Shown here in pieces: positions 24,401 through 37,000 of a stretch of DNA of 64,000 bases. The translations under genes and the position numbers were made by a program. The stretch comes from Protoeuglena noctilucae. Its lineage: Eukaryota. Location of the stretch: NCBI GenBank assembly GCA_958009085.1, contig OY253669.1, positions 744,001 to 808,000 on the forward strand, written 5' to 3'. The notes below the pieces were generated by a model. It had not been told where the DNA came from. It worked only from the letters and a program-made list of their open reading frames with translations, and searched no databases. Positions within the stretch are counted from its first letter, which is position 1; every line of letters starts with the position of its first letter.

Positions 24401-27400
24401 GCATGGGGAGTGCGGTGGTTGCAGCCAAGGGCCGGGAATGGCGGGCTATGGAGCGCACTGTCTGGCACAAACAGTACTTAATGTACAGGAGTCGTGGGCA
24501 GGCGAGGCTGAGGCCTGCATTGCACGCGTGCATGCGTGCGGGCATGGGTGCATGTGTGCACTCGCCTGTGGTCGAGCAAGCTGAAGAGCTGCTTGTCCTT
24601 GACGAGGAAGAAGCTGGCGATGGCCTCCACGTTGAGACTCGACACGATTTCCTCAAACACGTTGACGTCGATGGAGAGGAGGAGGCGGCAGGCGTCGCCC
24701 GGGTTGCTCTGGGCCACGATGTGGCAGGCGGTGCCGGGGCCCAGGATGGCCAGGAGATCGCGCATGTTCTTCAGGGACAGCTGCGGGCGGGAGGGGATGC
24801 GGCGGTGAGGGGTCAGGGCCCGGTGTTGGCTGGGGCCAAGGGTGTGGTGTGGCTGTGTGCGGGGCAGCCAATCTTCAGGTGGTGAGCAGCGCGGTCGGCA
24901 GGCTGGCCACTTGCCTCCGAGTAGTCGAAATCGAACGACGTCGGGTCGAACTCCTTCACCCACGCCGCCAGCTCCTCCTCGGATAGCCGCTTGAGCGCGT
25001 GCGACACGGACACGTCGCTCTGGGATGCCAGCTTCTGCAGCTGCTCGTTCAGGTGCTCCAGCTCCCGCAGGCGCGCCTTCAGGGCCTTCCTGCGAGTTGC
25101 ACAACAGGTACAGGCGGTCATGACCATAGCTTTCTGCTCAGTAATCCCTTCTGGGGCGCAACCACTGCAACACCGTGCACCGGCTGTGATGCACCGGCCG
25201 TGATCCAGGCACGTGATGGCATGACCCCGCCTGTGTCAGCACCCTGCCTGTGTTAGCACCCAAAAGTCACCTCTGTGCATCGAATTCCTCTGCCTCTCGT
25301 GCCTTCAGCTCCCGGAGCTTCTCTGCCGCCGCCACCCGGGCCTCCATGTTGGCCTTGGCCTGCGCCATCTGCAGTGACACCCAGGAAGTCGAAGGTGGTT
25401 AAGGAAACGAATCCTTGCAGGGAACTGTGCGACCGCGTGGTCAGTCGATGTCCGCCCACCTCCATCGCCCCTGCAGCCACCCCGTCCCATTCATGTCCAG
25501 CATCCCCGCACCTCCCACTCCATCCGCAGCCATCCCCACCCTCACCTCCACCCTCCCACCTCATCCACAGTTATCCCCGCACCCTCACCTCCCACCACAT
25601 CCGCAGCCACCCCGCACGCTCACCTCCTCCACGGCCTTCTTCTCCTGCCTCAGCTGCGTGGACAGGTGCTTGATGCGCGCCAGGGCGTCCTTGAGCTCCT
25701 CGCTCTGCATCACGCGGTGCACGCTGATGCCCTTGTGGCTGGGCTGGCGGCGCACGAGACGGCCCTCGAGCGACTGCACGTTGCTGATCAGGTCCTGCAT
25801 GTCCATGCGCAGACGGGCATTGAGCTCGTCCTCGTCGTACGCGTCCGCCTCACTCAGCCCGTCTGCGAGCAAAGACAAGCAGACGCTGGGGTCAGAGCGC
25901 AGCGTCATGGTCGCCACACGACCGTCTGACAAGCAGCACAGGTGCAGCACCCCCACACTCCTGGCTGCGACGGACGACGACCTAATCAATGCGCTCCATC
26001 ACACGCACCCCCCCCCCCCCCCCCCCCCCATCACGCACCTGACCCCAGTGCCCCCGAGTCCCCCGACCTCCACACGCTCCCGCGCCCCGCGCTGCGCCCG
26101 CTCCGCAGCGACAACTCCTTGTTCGATTTGGACTGCGGCTTCAGCACCCCCAGCCCGCTGCTGATGCTTCTGAGGCCCAGGGAAGCCTCGCCCACTGAAG
26201 GCGCCCCCTCCGACCCCTCCCCATCGCCCCCGAGCGCACCGCTCCGAGACTCCCACCCGCCCGACTTCCGGCCCAGCCCCGCCGCGCCCGTTTGGCTCGA
26301 GGGCCGCGACCGAGGCTCCACGATCGGCGCAGTTCGGAACGCCACCTCCTTCGCCACCCCGCGTGACCCCTCAGGCACTGCACCCCCGCTCACGTCCCCC
26401 CGGCTCGCAGGCGCCTCCTCGCCGCCCCCGTCTGCAGCCTCCGCCTCGCTTGCAGGCTTCTGAGCCGATGCCGCGTCGGCGCTGCGGGCGGCCTCGCTCG
26501 GTGCCGCCCTTGCAGCCGCGCTCTCCTCTCCAGCCCCGCCGTCCCCCGCTGCAGCGGCCGCACCGCTCGCCGCCCTCCCCACCCCCGCGGCCCCTCCCTC
26601 CGCGCCCGCGCTTGCGTTGTGAGACGGCTGCCGGCCCATGTCAGCCACCTTCCCCGACCCCGGCCCTGACCCCGCCCTCTGTACTGGCTCTGGCATCTTG
26701 GTGCTTTTGGATCTATCCGCCCCGGCCTCCTTGTCCTTCGAGCTCTTGGGCCGACCCCGCCCCTGCGCCGCCTCCCCGCTGGCAGTGCGATCTGCCTGGT
26801 CACCCACAGCGCTGTGCAGCTCCTGCTCATGGTGGGACTTGGACTCCAATTCCCTGCGTCGGTATGACGTCATATCATCGGAGCATGCCAGTGAGGGCAC
26901 ACACGCTGCTTGCACAGCTCATCCAAGTCAAGGTGACGAGCACGCCCGCAGTGAGCGAGGGTCGAACGTGATTGCTGCTCCCCACTAAACGGCGCACGAG
27001 GCCTGGCTGCGAAGTGACCTGGCAGGCGCGGTCGCGCCTCACCGGTTGCGGTTCTGCAGCTGCTCCACGAGCGCAGACGTGGACTGGAGCTTCTCAAAGG
27101 TCTCGTGCACGCGCTCGCGCAGGCCCTCCAACTCGGCGCGCAGGATGACGTTGTCCGCGTTGTACGTGCGCAGCTGATGACCGATGATCTGCGAGGGCGC
27201 CTCGCATGCGAATGGGCAGAGAGCATTGGCCTTGCCGCATGAGGGGCAAGGCACGGTGCGATGCAACGTGCTGCGCGGTGCAGCTGCCGAAACACGGAGG
27301 AAGCTCCGGCATAAGGGTGTCTCATCCGGTGCCCTCGTCGTGCTCAGCACCTTGGTGAGGAGGCCTTGGCAGAGCAGGAGCAGGGGCTTGAGGTCCATGA

Positions 27401-28091
27401 CGCTGCGTGGCTTAATGTTTGACACGAAGGTGGCGAGGTCCGAGAGACTCACGGGGTCCTCCACGCTCACGTCCGCGGGGCCCACGGTGCTGGGGTTGCG
27501 CATGGTGAACGGCACCGTGGCCTTCAGGCTGTGCCTCAGCCCGCTGCCCTCGTCTCCGGGCTCAGGTGAGGCCGCTGCGAGGGCGGCACCGGTGGGGCTG
27601 ATGAGTAAGACAGCACTGATGGGGGCGACGACACGGGCAGCGCGCCTAGGACGCACCGCCCGGGGTCGAAGGCCCAGCGACCTTGGCCACTTTGAGACGC
27701 ATGAAGCGCAGGTGGGGCGAGAGGGCGCTCGTGTCCAGGTCGTCCGCGTCCGGATCCCACTGCAGCCATCGCGGGGCGAAAGGCGTCAAAACGCGGCGCG
27801 GGCGGGGCGGCCAAAGGGTACAAGCCAGGGTACGCGGGAATGCGAAAGTGGCACCTGGGGAACCACGTCGAAGTACGCCATCTCAGGGACCCCGACCGCG
27901 GACCCTCGAGACGGCCGCAGGACATAGGTCTTCTCAGTAGCGCGGGCGCCGGGCGCGCCGCCCGAGAGTCGGATCTTCGGCAGGGTAAACCGCGCGTCGG
28001 CCTGGCTCGGGCTGCCGTGGACGACGGCGCTGCTCTCGGCGTGGATTGAATGCGTGGAAGGGTCCGGCTCGAGGTACGGGGGCGCGGTCAT
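18423..28091 (-). CDS. Large (~23 exon) coiled-coil / helical-repeat protein of unknown function
   Basis: A chain of phase-compatible exons runs from ATG 28091 (MTAPPYLEPD) to TGA 18425-18423. Contains coiled-coil exons and several ~12-residue helical repeat blocks. Could be more than one gene. Confidence 0.6.
19035..19121 (-). repeat. Tandem duplication (period 48) of exon 3' end plus 5' splice site
   Basis: + strand ACTCACCGATGTCCCTTGATCTTCATGAGCTGCTCCTAG (19035) versus ACTCACCGGTAGCTCTTGATCTCCATCAGCTGCTTCTGG (19083). Confidence 0.8.
21984..22353 (-). repeat. Intron 22343-22002 built largely of degenerate copies of its own donor and acceptor junctions
   Basis: Donor-side units 22202-22266 and 22280-22353, plus a partial copy at 22157-22176. 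Acceptor-side units start ~21984, ~22052 and ~22126 (GTCATGTCCTTCTCCGC-like). Confidence 0.75.
23983..24043 (-). repeat. Exact 29-nt direct repeat (period 32) spanning a 5' splice site
   Basis: GCCACTGCCTCCTCACCTTCAGCACCTCC at 23983-24011 and 24015-24043. Confidence 0.9.
25501..25630 (-). repeat. Three to four degenerate ~35-43 nt repeats, each beginning with the donor GGAG|GTGAG
   Basis: + strand units CATCC(G/A)CAG...CTCACCTCC at ~25521, ~25562 and ~25598. Confidence 0.7.
26008..26029. repeat. C22 homopolymer (G22 on the sense strand), just inside an intron 5' end
   Basis: Direct read of the sequence. Confidence 0.9.
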
Positions 28092-28965
28092 GCGCCTGCG
28101 GGGCGGGGCCGCCGGGGTGGAGGTGCGCCCCAAGCGACAGCTGCCCCCAGCGCCGAGAGGGACTAGGGCTGAGGGCTTGGCCGCTCCCAAGCATCCGCGG
28201 CGCACCTGGGATCCTGTGCTACATTCGCGCGCTGTCTGGCCTGGGCTCCTGGGGAGAAAAAACCCTCCGCGGCCGCATCCCGGACGGGGAAGTAGTACCG
28301 CAGAAGCTTGCTGCGGTGGGAAGGGGAAAGGGCGCGATATGTTTGACAGCAGCGAAAAGAGCTCGTGGGTGTCGGGAGATGCGGGGCGCGATCCCCCGAT
28401 GCCCCGGACCATTTGCGGCGACGCAAACATGCAGGCCACCCGCGCAGCCCGCGACATGCCGCGGGCGCGAGTGACTCGGCGATGAGATCAAAGCCCCACC
28501 GCACCCCGCCTGGACGACACCGCCCTTTGGGGATGCCGTGGCTCCAGGGGACGTGGTGCGTGGCTGCGGCACACGTCACCTGGAACCCCCCGGATCCCCC
28601 GGTGTGCCGTCCTTCGGGCCCTGCATGCTGGCAAGTCAACAGGACATGGACTCCAGCGTCGTTGTCGAGCTCTCGCCCCGGCGAGAGCAGAGCCCCGGAT
28701 GCGCCCCCTGCCGGCTCGCCCGCGGGGACTGACGAGCTTTGTTTGTGAACGAATCGGAATGGAGGGTTCGCGAGGGGCGCCCCTGAAGCTAAGCCCTTTT
28801 CTGGCAGACATGCCAGAATTGGGTGTCACGTCGGTCGTCGGAGCCCCCGCGCCGCTCCGTGGCCGGCAAGTCCACGAGGGCGCCCTCCGCAACTTCCGTC
28901 TGCGACCGACAGCACCTCCTGGCCCCTGGGACTGCGGGCGCGCCGTTTGGAGCGCGGCCAACATC

Positions 28966-30393
28966 ATGAACCGCGAGCAGCAGCCGGAGCCGGCCAACGA
29001 GCCGAAGCTCTGCGTCAAGGGCTGCGGGTTCTTCGCGTGAGTGTGGTGGGGGGGGACCCTCGCGCCCTGCTCGCGCCGCTTGGCCCGGTAACGCTGTCGC
29101 GGGCTTTGGCCGGGTGGTTCTGCTCTCGGCCAGCCGCAACCGCTCGAAGCCCGCGGTATACTGGATCGTATTGTCGTCCTAGACGCCCTGGGAACGCCTC
29201 TCGCCGTCCCGGGGCCCTCCCGCGGGCAGTCGGGGGCCCCCAGTCGTGGACGGGGGCCGGAGCGCGCCCGCAGCGCATTGGGCCCCTTAGCGAGGGATTC
29301 CGGCGCGTTGACGTTGCGTCGATCGGTCGCGTCGCGAAGGATTCCCCTCTCGCCCCCCTCCCGGCGCCTGGGCGGGTTCTCTCTGCCCTGGGGCCTTGGA
29401 CGCGCCGGTGCGCGTCGGTGGGGGCCCCGGCTTTCCCAGCGGCATCTCCGGCCTCACGCGCGCCCTTTTGCCGCACCGCGCGCCCCCCCTTTGGCCGGCG
29501 CGGGCGCGAGGGCCTCGGGGAGGGGCACGACAGGGGGAGGGGCCCCTGCGCGCGCGCCCGCCGGCCTGGCCGCGAGCCCGCCACGCCGACCGAAAGCTTT
29601 CGACTCTTCGTCGCGCAGGAATCCGGCGTGCATGGAAATGTGCTCCAAGTGCTTCCGGGACGCGACGGAAGGGGTCGGGATGGTGCAGGCCGAGCAGCCC
29701 GCTGCGGTGCCCTCTCCCTTAGCCGAGGTGGCGCAGCTGGAATCGGCGATTCTCGTACCGAAGGCCGACACGAACTCCGAGGCGACGCCCTCGCGCGAGG
29801 CGTCCGCGGGGCTTGAGGTGAGTCTTGGGGCCCGACGCCCGCGCGGCCCGGGCTCGGGGCCTCCCGTCTTTGTGCGATACGGGTCCTTCACGCGTGTCTG
29901 GGGTGTTTGGGAATGCCGGGAGGCCCGATCCCTGCTCGCGCCCGCTGGCTTTCCAGGTCGCGTCGCCCAAGCCCGAGACTCGGGCCTCGGCCGACGCCGA
30001 GGACGCCAAGAAGGGGAAGAACCGGAACCGGTGTTTCGAGGTGAGCGCGTGCGCGGCCTGCCACCTCGCCGACGGCTCGCGCCCTCGGGCCTGCCGAACC
30101 CATGGCTCGCGTGGTGCCCGCAGTGCCGCAAGAAGGTCGGCCTGGTGGGGGGGTTCGAGTGCAAGTGCGGCTACGTCTTCTGCAGCAGCCACAGGATGCC
30201 AGACGAGCACAACTGCGCGTACGGTGAGCGGGCGGGAGGGCCTGCTATGCAGTGCAGCGCGTCGAGCTCCCTGCCAGCGCTCGAGCCCTGAGCCCTGCCC
30301 GTCGCGTCGCCCGCAGATTTCAAGGCCGAGGGGAAGCAGCGACTTGCAGAGGAGAATCAGGAGGTCCGCGCCGCGCGCATCGAGAAGATATGA
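28966..30393 (+). CDS. A20/AN1 zinc-finger stress-associated protein (SAP), 5 exons
   Basis: A20 finger LCVKGCGFFANPACMEMCSKCFR. AN1 finger [40 protein letters not shown]. Ends EENQEVRAARIEKI*. Confidence 0.93.
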
Positions 30394-30546
30394 CGCAGCC
30401 ATGTTCGCGCTGCGTGCATGTATGCTTGCTCCCAGGGGGCATCCTTTTGTCCTACGTCTCCCCCGTTCCTCAGTTCCAGTCGTAGCCCACTTCAGTAGAG
30501 GGAAATAAGCTTTGAAACCGCCACGTCGGACCCGCGCTGCCCGCGC

Positions 30547-33316
30547 CTAGTGCTGGTGGGGCTGCCCCAATTCGAGCTCCAGCTGCACGACGGCCATCTT
30601 GGTCTTGGACCCGCCCCGCAGGCCGGCGATGTAGCGGAGCTTCTTGGGCATGCTCTGCCCCTTGTCCGCCCTCGTCATCGTGCTCTGGCTCTTGGGGAGG
30701 TACACCTGTGTCTCGTTCTCTCTCCGGAAGTGGCTGAGCACTGCGGAGGGAGGAAGCAGGGCGCGCAGCGTCACAGCACCGGCAGAGAGTGACATCGCCG
30801 CCCCGGGCCCCACACGCTGCGCCGTGGGCGGTTCGTTCGCGCACGCCCGGCGGTGCGCACGCACCCGTCTGGCCCGACTTGGTTTGCTTGTTCTCCAGGT
30901 TGGCGAGGTTGAGCGCGCGGCGCCGCAGGGACCACACGTTCCAGTCGTAGTTGACGTCGACGTTGCGGTCCTTGACGTGCCGCAGCGTCTGCGTCCCGAA
31001 GTCGCACTTGGTCCCCTTGTCCGCCAGCGACACCAGGTGCGCCAGAGACAGGGACGGGAAGAGCTCGCTCATGCCCAGGAGCTTGACGAGCTGCGAGAAA
31101 GATGCACGGCGGCGGGGTAACTCGAACGCCCCGCTGGGTAGCAGAGACGTGCGCGGCGGCCGCCCTAATTTTGTCACCTCCGGCGATGACCGCACGGCGA
31201 GCTCGACCGCCGCGATGTACTCCATGGGCTGCGCCATGAACAGGCGTTGCGCCTCTCGCGTCGAGCACCCGAACACACGCCCCTGCACGTCCACCGCGCC
31301 CAGGCTCGCGTCTGCCGGGATCAACACGCCTGCGCACGCACAGAGCAGGGAGCGGCGTGAGTCTGATGCCACGCGTGGCTCCCGCGCATGCTTGCGTGCA
31401 TGGCGCACGCACCCGCGCGTTGCACGAGGCTGACGGGGCAGTAGCCGCCCAGCTGCAGTGCGGGGGCGTCTGCGTCGGGCGGAACCAGGACGGCGCCGGA
31501 CTTGGCCGCGGCGGCCTCAAGGTCCTCGGGAGGGGCGGGCGCACGGTCCCAGAGCTTGACGGGTGGGTCCGGGTTGCCCCTGTTGGCGGAGAGAGGACGC
31601 GCGCATGGGTCCCGGGGTCACGCCAGCACTGCAGTGCGAACGAGCAACCTCCGCCAAGCTCGACGGCGAACCATTTGCATGCGGCAAACCCTTTCGGCAA
31701 TCTCGCCTGAGGAAGTCCTGTGCCTTGTCGACGTCGATGGGGCGCAAGGACCGGGAGTAGCCGCCGATGAGGCCCAGGAGCGCGTGGAAGAGTTTGGCCC
31801 GGACCTCGAGGAGCTTGGACTGCTCGATGAGGGAGAGCGTCACGCCGCCGAGCTGGTCGAAAAGCGGGTAAATCTCCTCCTTAGGCACGGCCTGCTTGCC
31901 GCTGACGACCCCGCGCAGCTGCGCCAGGAGCTGCTGCCGGTCCGCGTCGTAGTGCGCGACGACGTCCATGCCGCCGAGGATGTCCTCCCGGAGCTGCATC
32001 AGGTACGCCAGCTCCTGCTGCAGGTTGGTGAGTTCCTGCCGCAGGCGCGCCACCCGGGGGGTCCGCGGAGGGTTAGACGCGCCTTCCATGCGGACCAGCG
32101 CCAAGTACTCCTGGATGGCTTTGTGGGAGTCGGACGCCTTGCCCTCCACCTCGTTCGCGAGGCGGTTTGCCTGGTGCATATAGGTGCTGCGAGGCAGATG
32201 AACACGGGACATCTGAGGAGCCTCGCAGCACGGCGTGTGCCCCCGCAGCTCCCCGGCAACGCGCGGCGCGGCACCTGACGGAAGCCAGGCTGGGAAGGCA
32301 GAGACCCCCGCGGCCTATGCTCTGGTTGAAGGCGCAAATGCCCAGGACGATGGAGCAGACCTCCTCCAAGTGCCCGGCCTTCTCCTCCGAGGGCATCCCC
32401 ACGAACCGCGGCATCGAGTACTGCACATGAGCGTCCATGGCATCGTTTGGAACGAGCCGGGGTCGGATGGGAGCGGGCGACGTGGGTCCCCATGCAGCGC
32501 TCCCAGCAGTGCCAACGCGCTCCCACCTGGGGCAGGACCGACTCCAGGGCCGCAGAAACCTCGGCGCGGGCCTCTTGGTTGTCCAGGGCCGTGTCCATGC
32601 TGCATTGCACGCAGACGTAGTCGACCACCTTCTGCCACAGGCGCTCAAAGTCGTGTGGCGCCATGTCCTGATGCAGGTGCGGGTCTGCGGGCGAGAAGTC
32701 TCCGCAGATCAGTTTCCGCACGCGAGACCGACGAGTCTGGTTGCCACCAAGCGCAAGCCCCCAGCCAGCGACGCCTGACCCGTGATGGCGCGCAGCACTT
32801 TGTCCAGCTGGTTGTCCCTCTCCGTGAGCTCTCCCTCCACGAAGGCCTTTTCCGCACGAATCGTTTGCTCCATGCCGATCTGCGGGCGGCGGGCACGCGA
32901 TGCGTCCGGCGCCGGCGTCGCCGCGAGCAGTCCCTCCCTGGACCCGGGTCTGCGACGCACCTGCATGCGGACGGTGCACAGGAACGGAGAGTCCGCGACC
33001 AGGAGCTCTCGTGCCGCCACTCGCGCCATCAGAGTGACGTCCCGGTCCGTCAGGGAGGGGCTGTTGAGCCGGCATTGCTCCCCACACTCGACGCGGAAGG
33101 TCCCGACGAGGTCCAGAGCCCTGGCCAGGAACGCCGCGATTGCCTGATCTACCTGCATAGCGTCACAAGCACGGGCATGTCAACCACGACCCTCGCGGCG
33201 GCGCGGGGCCCTGCAGAAAGGCGACCAAGCTGCTTTTGCACCTTGAACCCCTCCTCGCGGCATATCCGGACAGTCTCCCCTACGGTCTTGAGCGTGTTCG
33301 AGTCCGTGACGTCCAT
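30547..33316 (-). CDS. CFAP206: Cilia- and flagella-associated protein 206 (10 exons)
   Basis: DSPFLCTVRMQ, AALESVLPQ, LEEVCSIVLGICAFN, LRQELTNLQQ, AVPKEEIYPLF, LQLGGYCPVSL, YDWNVWSLRRRALNLANL, SHFRRENETQVYLPK, YIAGLRG. Confidence 0.88.
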
Positions 33317-34036
33317 AGCGGGCTGCACGGAGCGACGTTGCCATGCTTGAGCAGAGCAGTGGGCCATTACATGTGAAGGGCTCCCACGCTCCCGGCCAGC
33401 GCAGCCGCGTCCAGTTTCCGTACGCGAACATTCCTCCTCACCTAAGAGAGGACGTTTGACCCCCCGGTCGGGGAAGGCGCGCCGCCAGCGCCGTGCCCTC
33501 CCCCCCCACCGTCTCGTCTATGCCAATCCCCACGAGGGTGGCTCTGCAAGAGCAGCCTCAGCCTGTGTGATTATACGTGTACACGACTGATGGAAACGGC
33601 GCGGTCCGCCACGGTGTTAAGCGCTGCTGCTAGGTGCTAGACATGTGCACCACGAAAGCGCGAGTCAGAGCGCTCTCCCTTCCGTGAAGTGGTGCGCGGG
33701 GATACGGTCACTCCATCCGAATGCGTGCGGGCAGCTCCTTCGCGTCAATTTCCCGGCAGCCTGAGCAGGACGGCGGTGCCGGGGCACTGGCAGATGTCGT
33801 CCGGGGAACGCCGTCGTCTCCTCCGTGGATGCGCTTGCATCGTCTCAGTTTCTCTCCGTGCACACCTAGCCTTAGAGGAGCGACCCGATAGGAGCTAAAT
33901 GTGCATATAGGAGCACCGTGTGGACACCGCTAGCTCGCAGCTAAAAATGGAACGTCTACCCGCGTAGAAGTGCTAGCTAGAGCTGGGACGCAGCGCTCTG
34001 CGGAAGGTCGTGGGCCAGGGGCGAGCGGGGTGGAGC

Positions 34037-37000
34037 ATGAGGGCCGGGAGGTGTTACGCCCTGCTGGGCGTCGCGCTCGCCCTCTCGCTGCTGTGGACGG
34101 GCGCGGCGCAGACCTCCCTGCTCGAGTTTGACGCCGTGGAGAACGGGCCCGCCATCACCGGCAGAATTCCCATCCCGTCCGGTGCTGATGGAGTGAGGTG
34201 CGGAACGCGGACGCTGTGGGGCTCGTGGCTGAGTCTTCTAACGAAAGCGCTTCCAGCGGTAAGCCTGCTCTCGCGCGAGACCCTCGCCAACTCCCAGCGA
34301 CAAGTGCCCTTTTCGTTCCGAGGCCGACCACTGACCAGCGCCGAGGCTTCTGCCCTCCAGCGATTGTTCAGCGACGTTTTGACCGGGTCGCGTCGTCGTT
34401 TCGCGCCACGCCCGTCAGCCACTTCGCAGTGCCGAGAAATGCCATTCCTCCGGCGCCTGCCAGCCCGCAGGAGCCTCTCCCGCAGCGCTCCGCATGATCG
34501 TTTGATAAATAACGTGGCTGGTGTCCCGCAGGCTGGTCTGCGCCCCCCTCAAGTGCGAGGGGTGCCCAAACGCGTTCAGCGTGGCGCGCAACGGCACCTT
34601 CACGTACCTCCCGGGCAAGAACATGAACACGCTGACCAAGGACGTCATGGACCTTATTGGAGGTGAGGCGGCGCGGCCCACCTCGCCCCCGCGAGCGCGA
34701 TGTTGCCCCGCTTCACGTGCGCGACATCCGACCCGCCCGCAGTGGCCGGCGTCAAGTCCGTCACTGCCTCGGACGGCACCACGAGCGACGTCCAGGTCAC
34801 GGACGTTAGCAAGAGCTACGTGTACATCAAGCCGGTCAACCAGGCGCCGCAGTTTGACGCGCCCTTTGTGACGACGGATGGGAAGGCGCAGCTGTGGATC
34901 AACTCCGCGAGCCAGGCGGTGCCCATCAACGGCACGAAGGTCTACGAGCTCCCGGCGTCGGACGTGGACGGCGACGCGCTCACCTTCACCCTGACCGCCG
35001 CCCCGAAGCATGGCACGGTCACCATCCTCAACTCCCAGAGCTTCTCGTACAAGGCGGACCAGGGCTTCTCCGGCATCGACCAGTTCGACATCACCGTCGA
35101 CGACCACCTGGGCACCCCGGGGCATCCCCACACCACCGACGCCCTCAGCACCGTGTCCACGGTCTTCATCCAGGCACGCGCGCGGCTGCCCCGGGCCCTG
35201 GCAGGCGCCATGAGCGCGGCCGCTGACCACCCCGCGCCCGATCCGCCGTGAGCCGTCGACCCTCGACCCCTCTCCGCAGGTGGGGCAGTACTTCACAGTC
35301 CCCATGGTAATGCCGTACAGCGGCGTGGCCATCATGGGCAAGTCGTACCAGATCGCCATCCAGCGCACGAGCATGACGGACGAGACCAAGAGCACCTCGC
35401 TCGTCTACGCCATCACCACGCCGCCCTCCCTGGGCATCGCCCAGCTGGCATGCAACGGATTCGAGGTCACAGACCCAGTCGAGTGTACGCCGCCGACAAA
35501 CTTCAGCGGCAGCGGCCCGCGCGCCTCGGCGTACCTGCGCTACGTGCCCATCCCGAACAAGGACGGCCTCGACTCGCTGACGCTGTCGGTGTCCAACCTC
35601 TCCGGCAGTAACACGGCCGTCTTCACCTTCCAGGTCCACTCGGTCCCCGTCCCGCCCGTCATCATCAGCGCCCCCACCCTCCGCGCCCCCGTCTTCATCA
35701 ACCCCAACGGCGTCCCCAACAACGCCTACGCCGACATCCCCCTGAATCTCTCTAATGTCTCCTCCATGGACACCACGGGTCCGCTGCAAGTGGTCGTCAA
35801 CGTCGGTGACACCCTCTCCCTGGGCTTCCGCGGCAACATGGCGAGTGGCCCCAGCGTCGCAGCGTCCGCCCGAACGTGTCTGGACGTGCGAGCCGCCCCT
35901 GGTCCATCACTATCGCACACACTTGCTTCGTTGTCACCTGCGGGCACCCAGGGGTGGCGGGTGGTGTGAATTTCGCTGACCCGCGACCCCCCGCTCCTTC
36001 CTCCGCAGTACGCTGGGCTCATGCCCAACCCCTCCCGGCGGCGTGGGCTGCAGCAGGTGCAGGCTCCCGACGTGGCGGCGGGGAGCGCGGCATACGTGCC
36101 CGACCCCTCCACGAACCTCCTCAGCCTCGCGGACTCGAACGGGCTCGTGTACCTCACGACGCAGTCGGACAACGCCGTCCACGTCTACTACCAGGCGAGC
36201 CGTTGCCTGTTTTGGTATGCCTCTCATGCATTGCACATACCATGCGCATCCCTGCCACCAACCCGCCAGCCTGCCCCCCGCTGCGCCGATGACCACATCC
36301 TTGCCCCTCTGTCGCCCTCGCAGTCGCCCGTGGGGGCCAAGATCGACACGGGGATCGTGTTCCAGGTGGCCAGCAGCAACGCCATCTCCGCGCCCGCCAC
36401 GGCCAAGATCTCCGTCACCTGCACCCCGGGCACCAAGGCCGTGGTGCAGCAGGAGGTCATCGGGTCGGGCTCCTCCCAGCAGAGCCTCTCCATCACCGTG
36501 TGCGAGCCCTGCCCCGCCGGCACCTACTCCGTCGCCGGCTCGAGCGTCTGCGAGAAGTGCCCCACCGGCCAGTACAACCCCCTCACCGGCCAGTCCGCGT
36601 GCGTGGACTGCCCCGCGAACGCCACCTCTAACGAGGGTGCCGCGGACGTCTCCCAGTGCTTCTGCCTGGCCGGCTACTTCGGCCTCGTGCGCACCGTGGA
36701 TGCCCTCTCGCTCCGGCCCCAGTGCCAGGCCTGCCAGGACGACGGCCTCACCGGCCGCGTCATCTGCGACGCCGAGGGGCAGCAGCTGCCGCGCCCCCAG
36801 CCGGGCATCTGGCTCGACAAGTGGGCCACCTGGCAGACGCGCCAGCAGGTGCTCCGGAGCTGCATACCCCCCGAGGCCTGCCGCGGCGGCAGCGACGTGA
36901 CGGCCACCGATGTGTGGAAGGAGGACACGTGCGCGGTCTCGGGCAGCCAGGGCTACCAGGGCCGCGCCTGCTCCCAGTGCCGCGAGGGCCACTTCCGCAC

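Noticed and set aside
25270..25305. Apparent GC donor AAG|GCACGA on the minus strand
   Set aside because: Wrong phase for the next exon. The GT donor at 25270 (CAGAG|GTGAC) fits.
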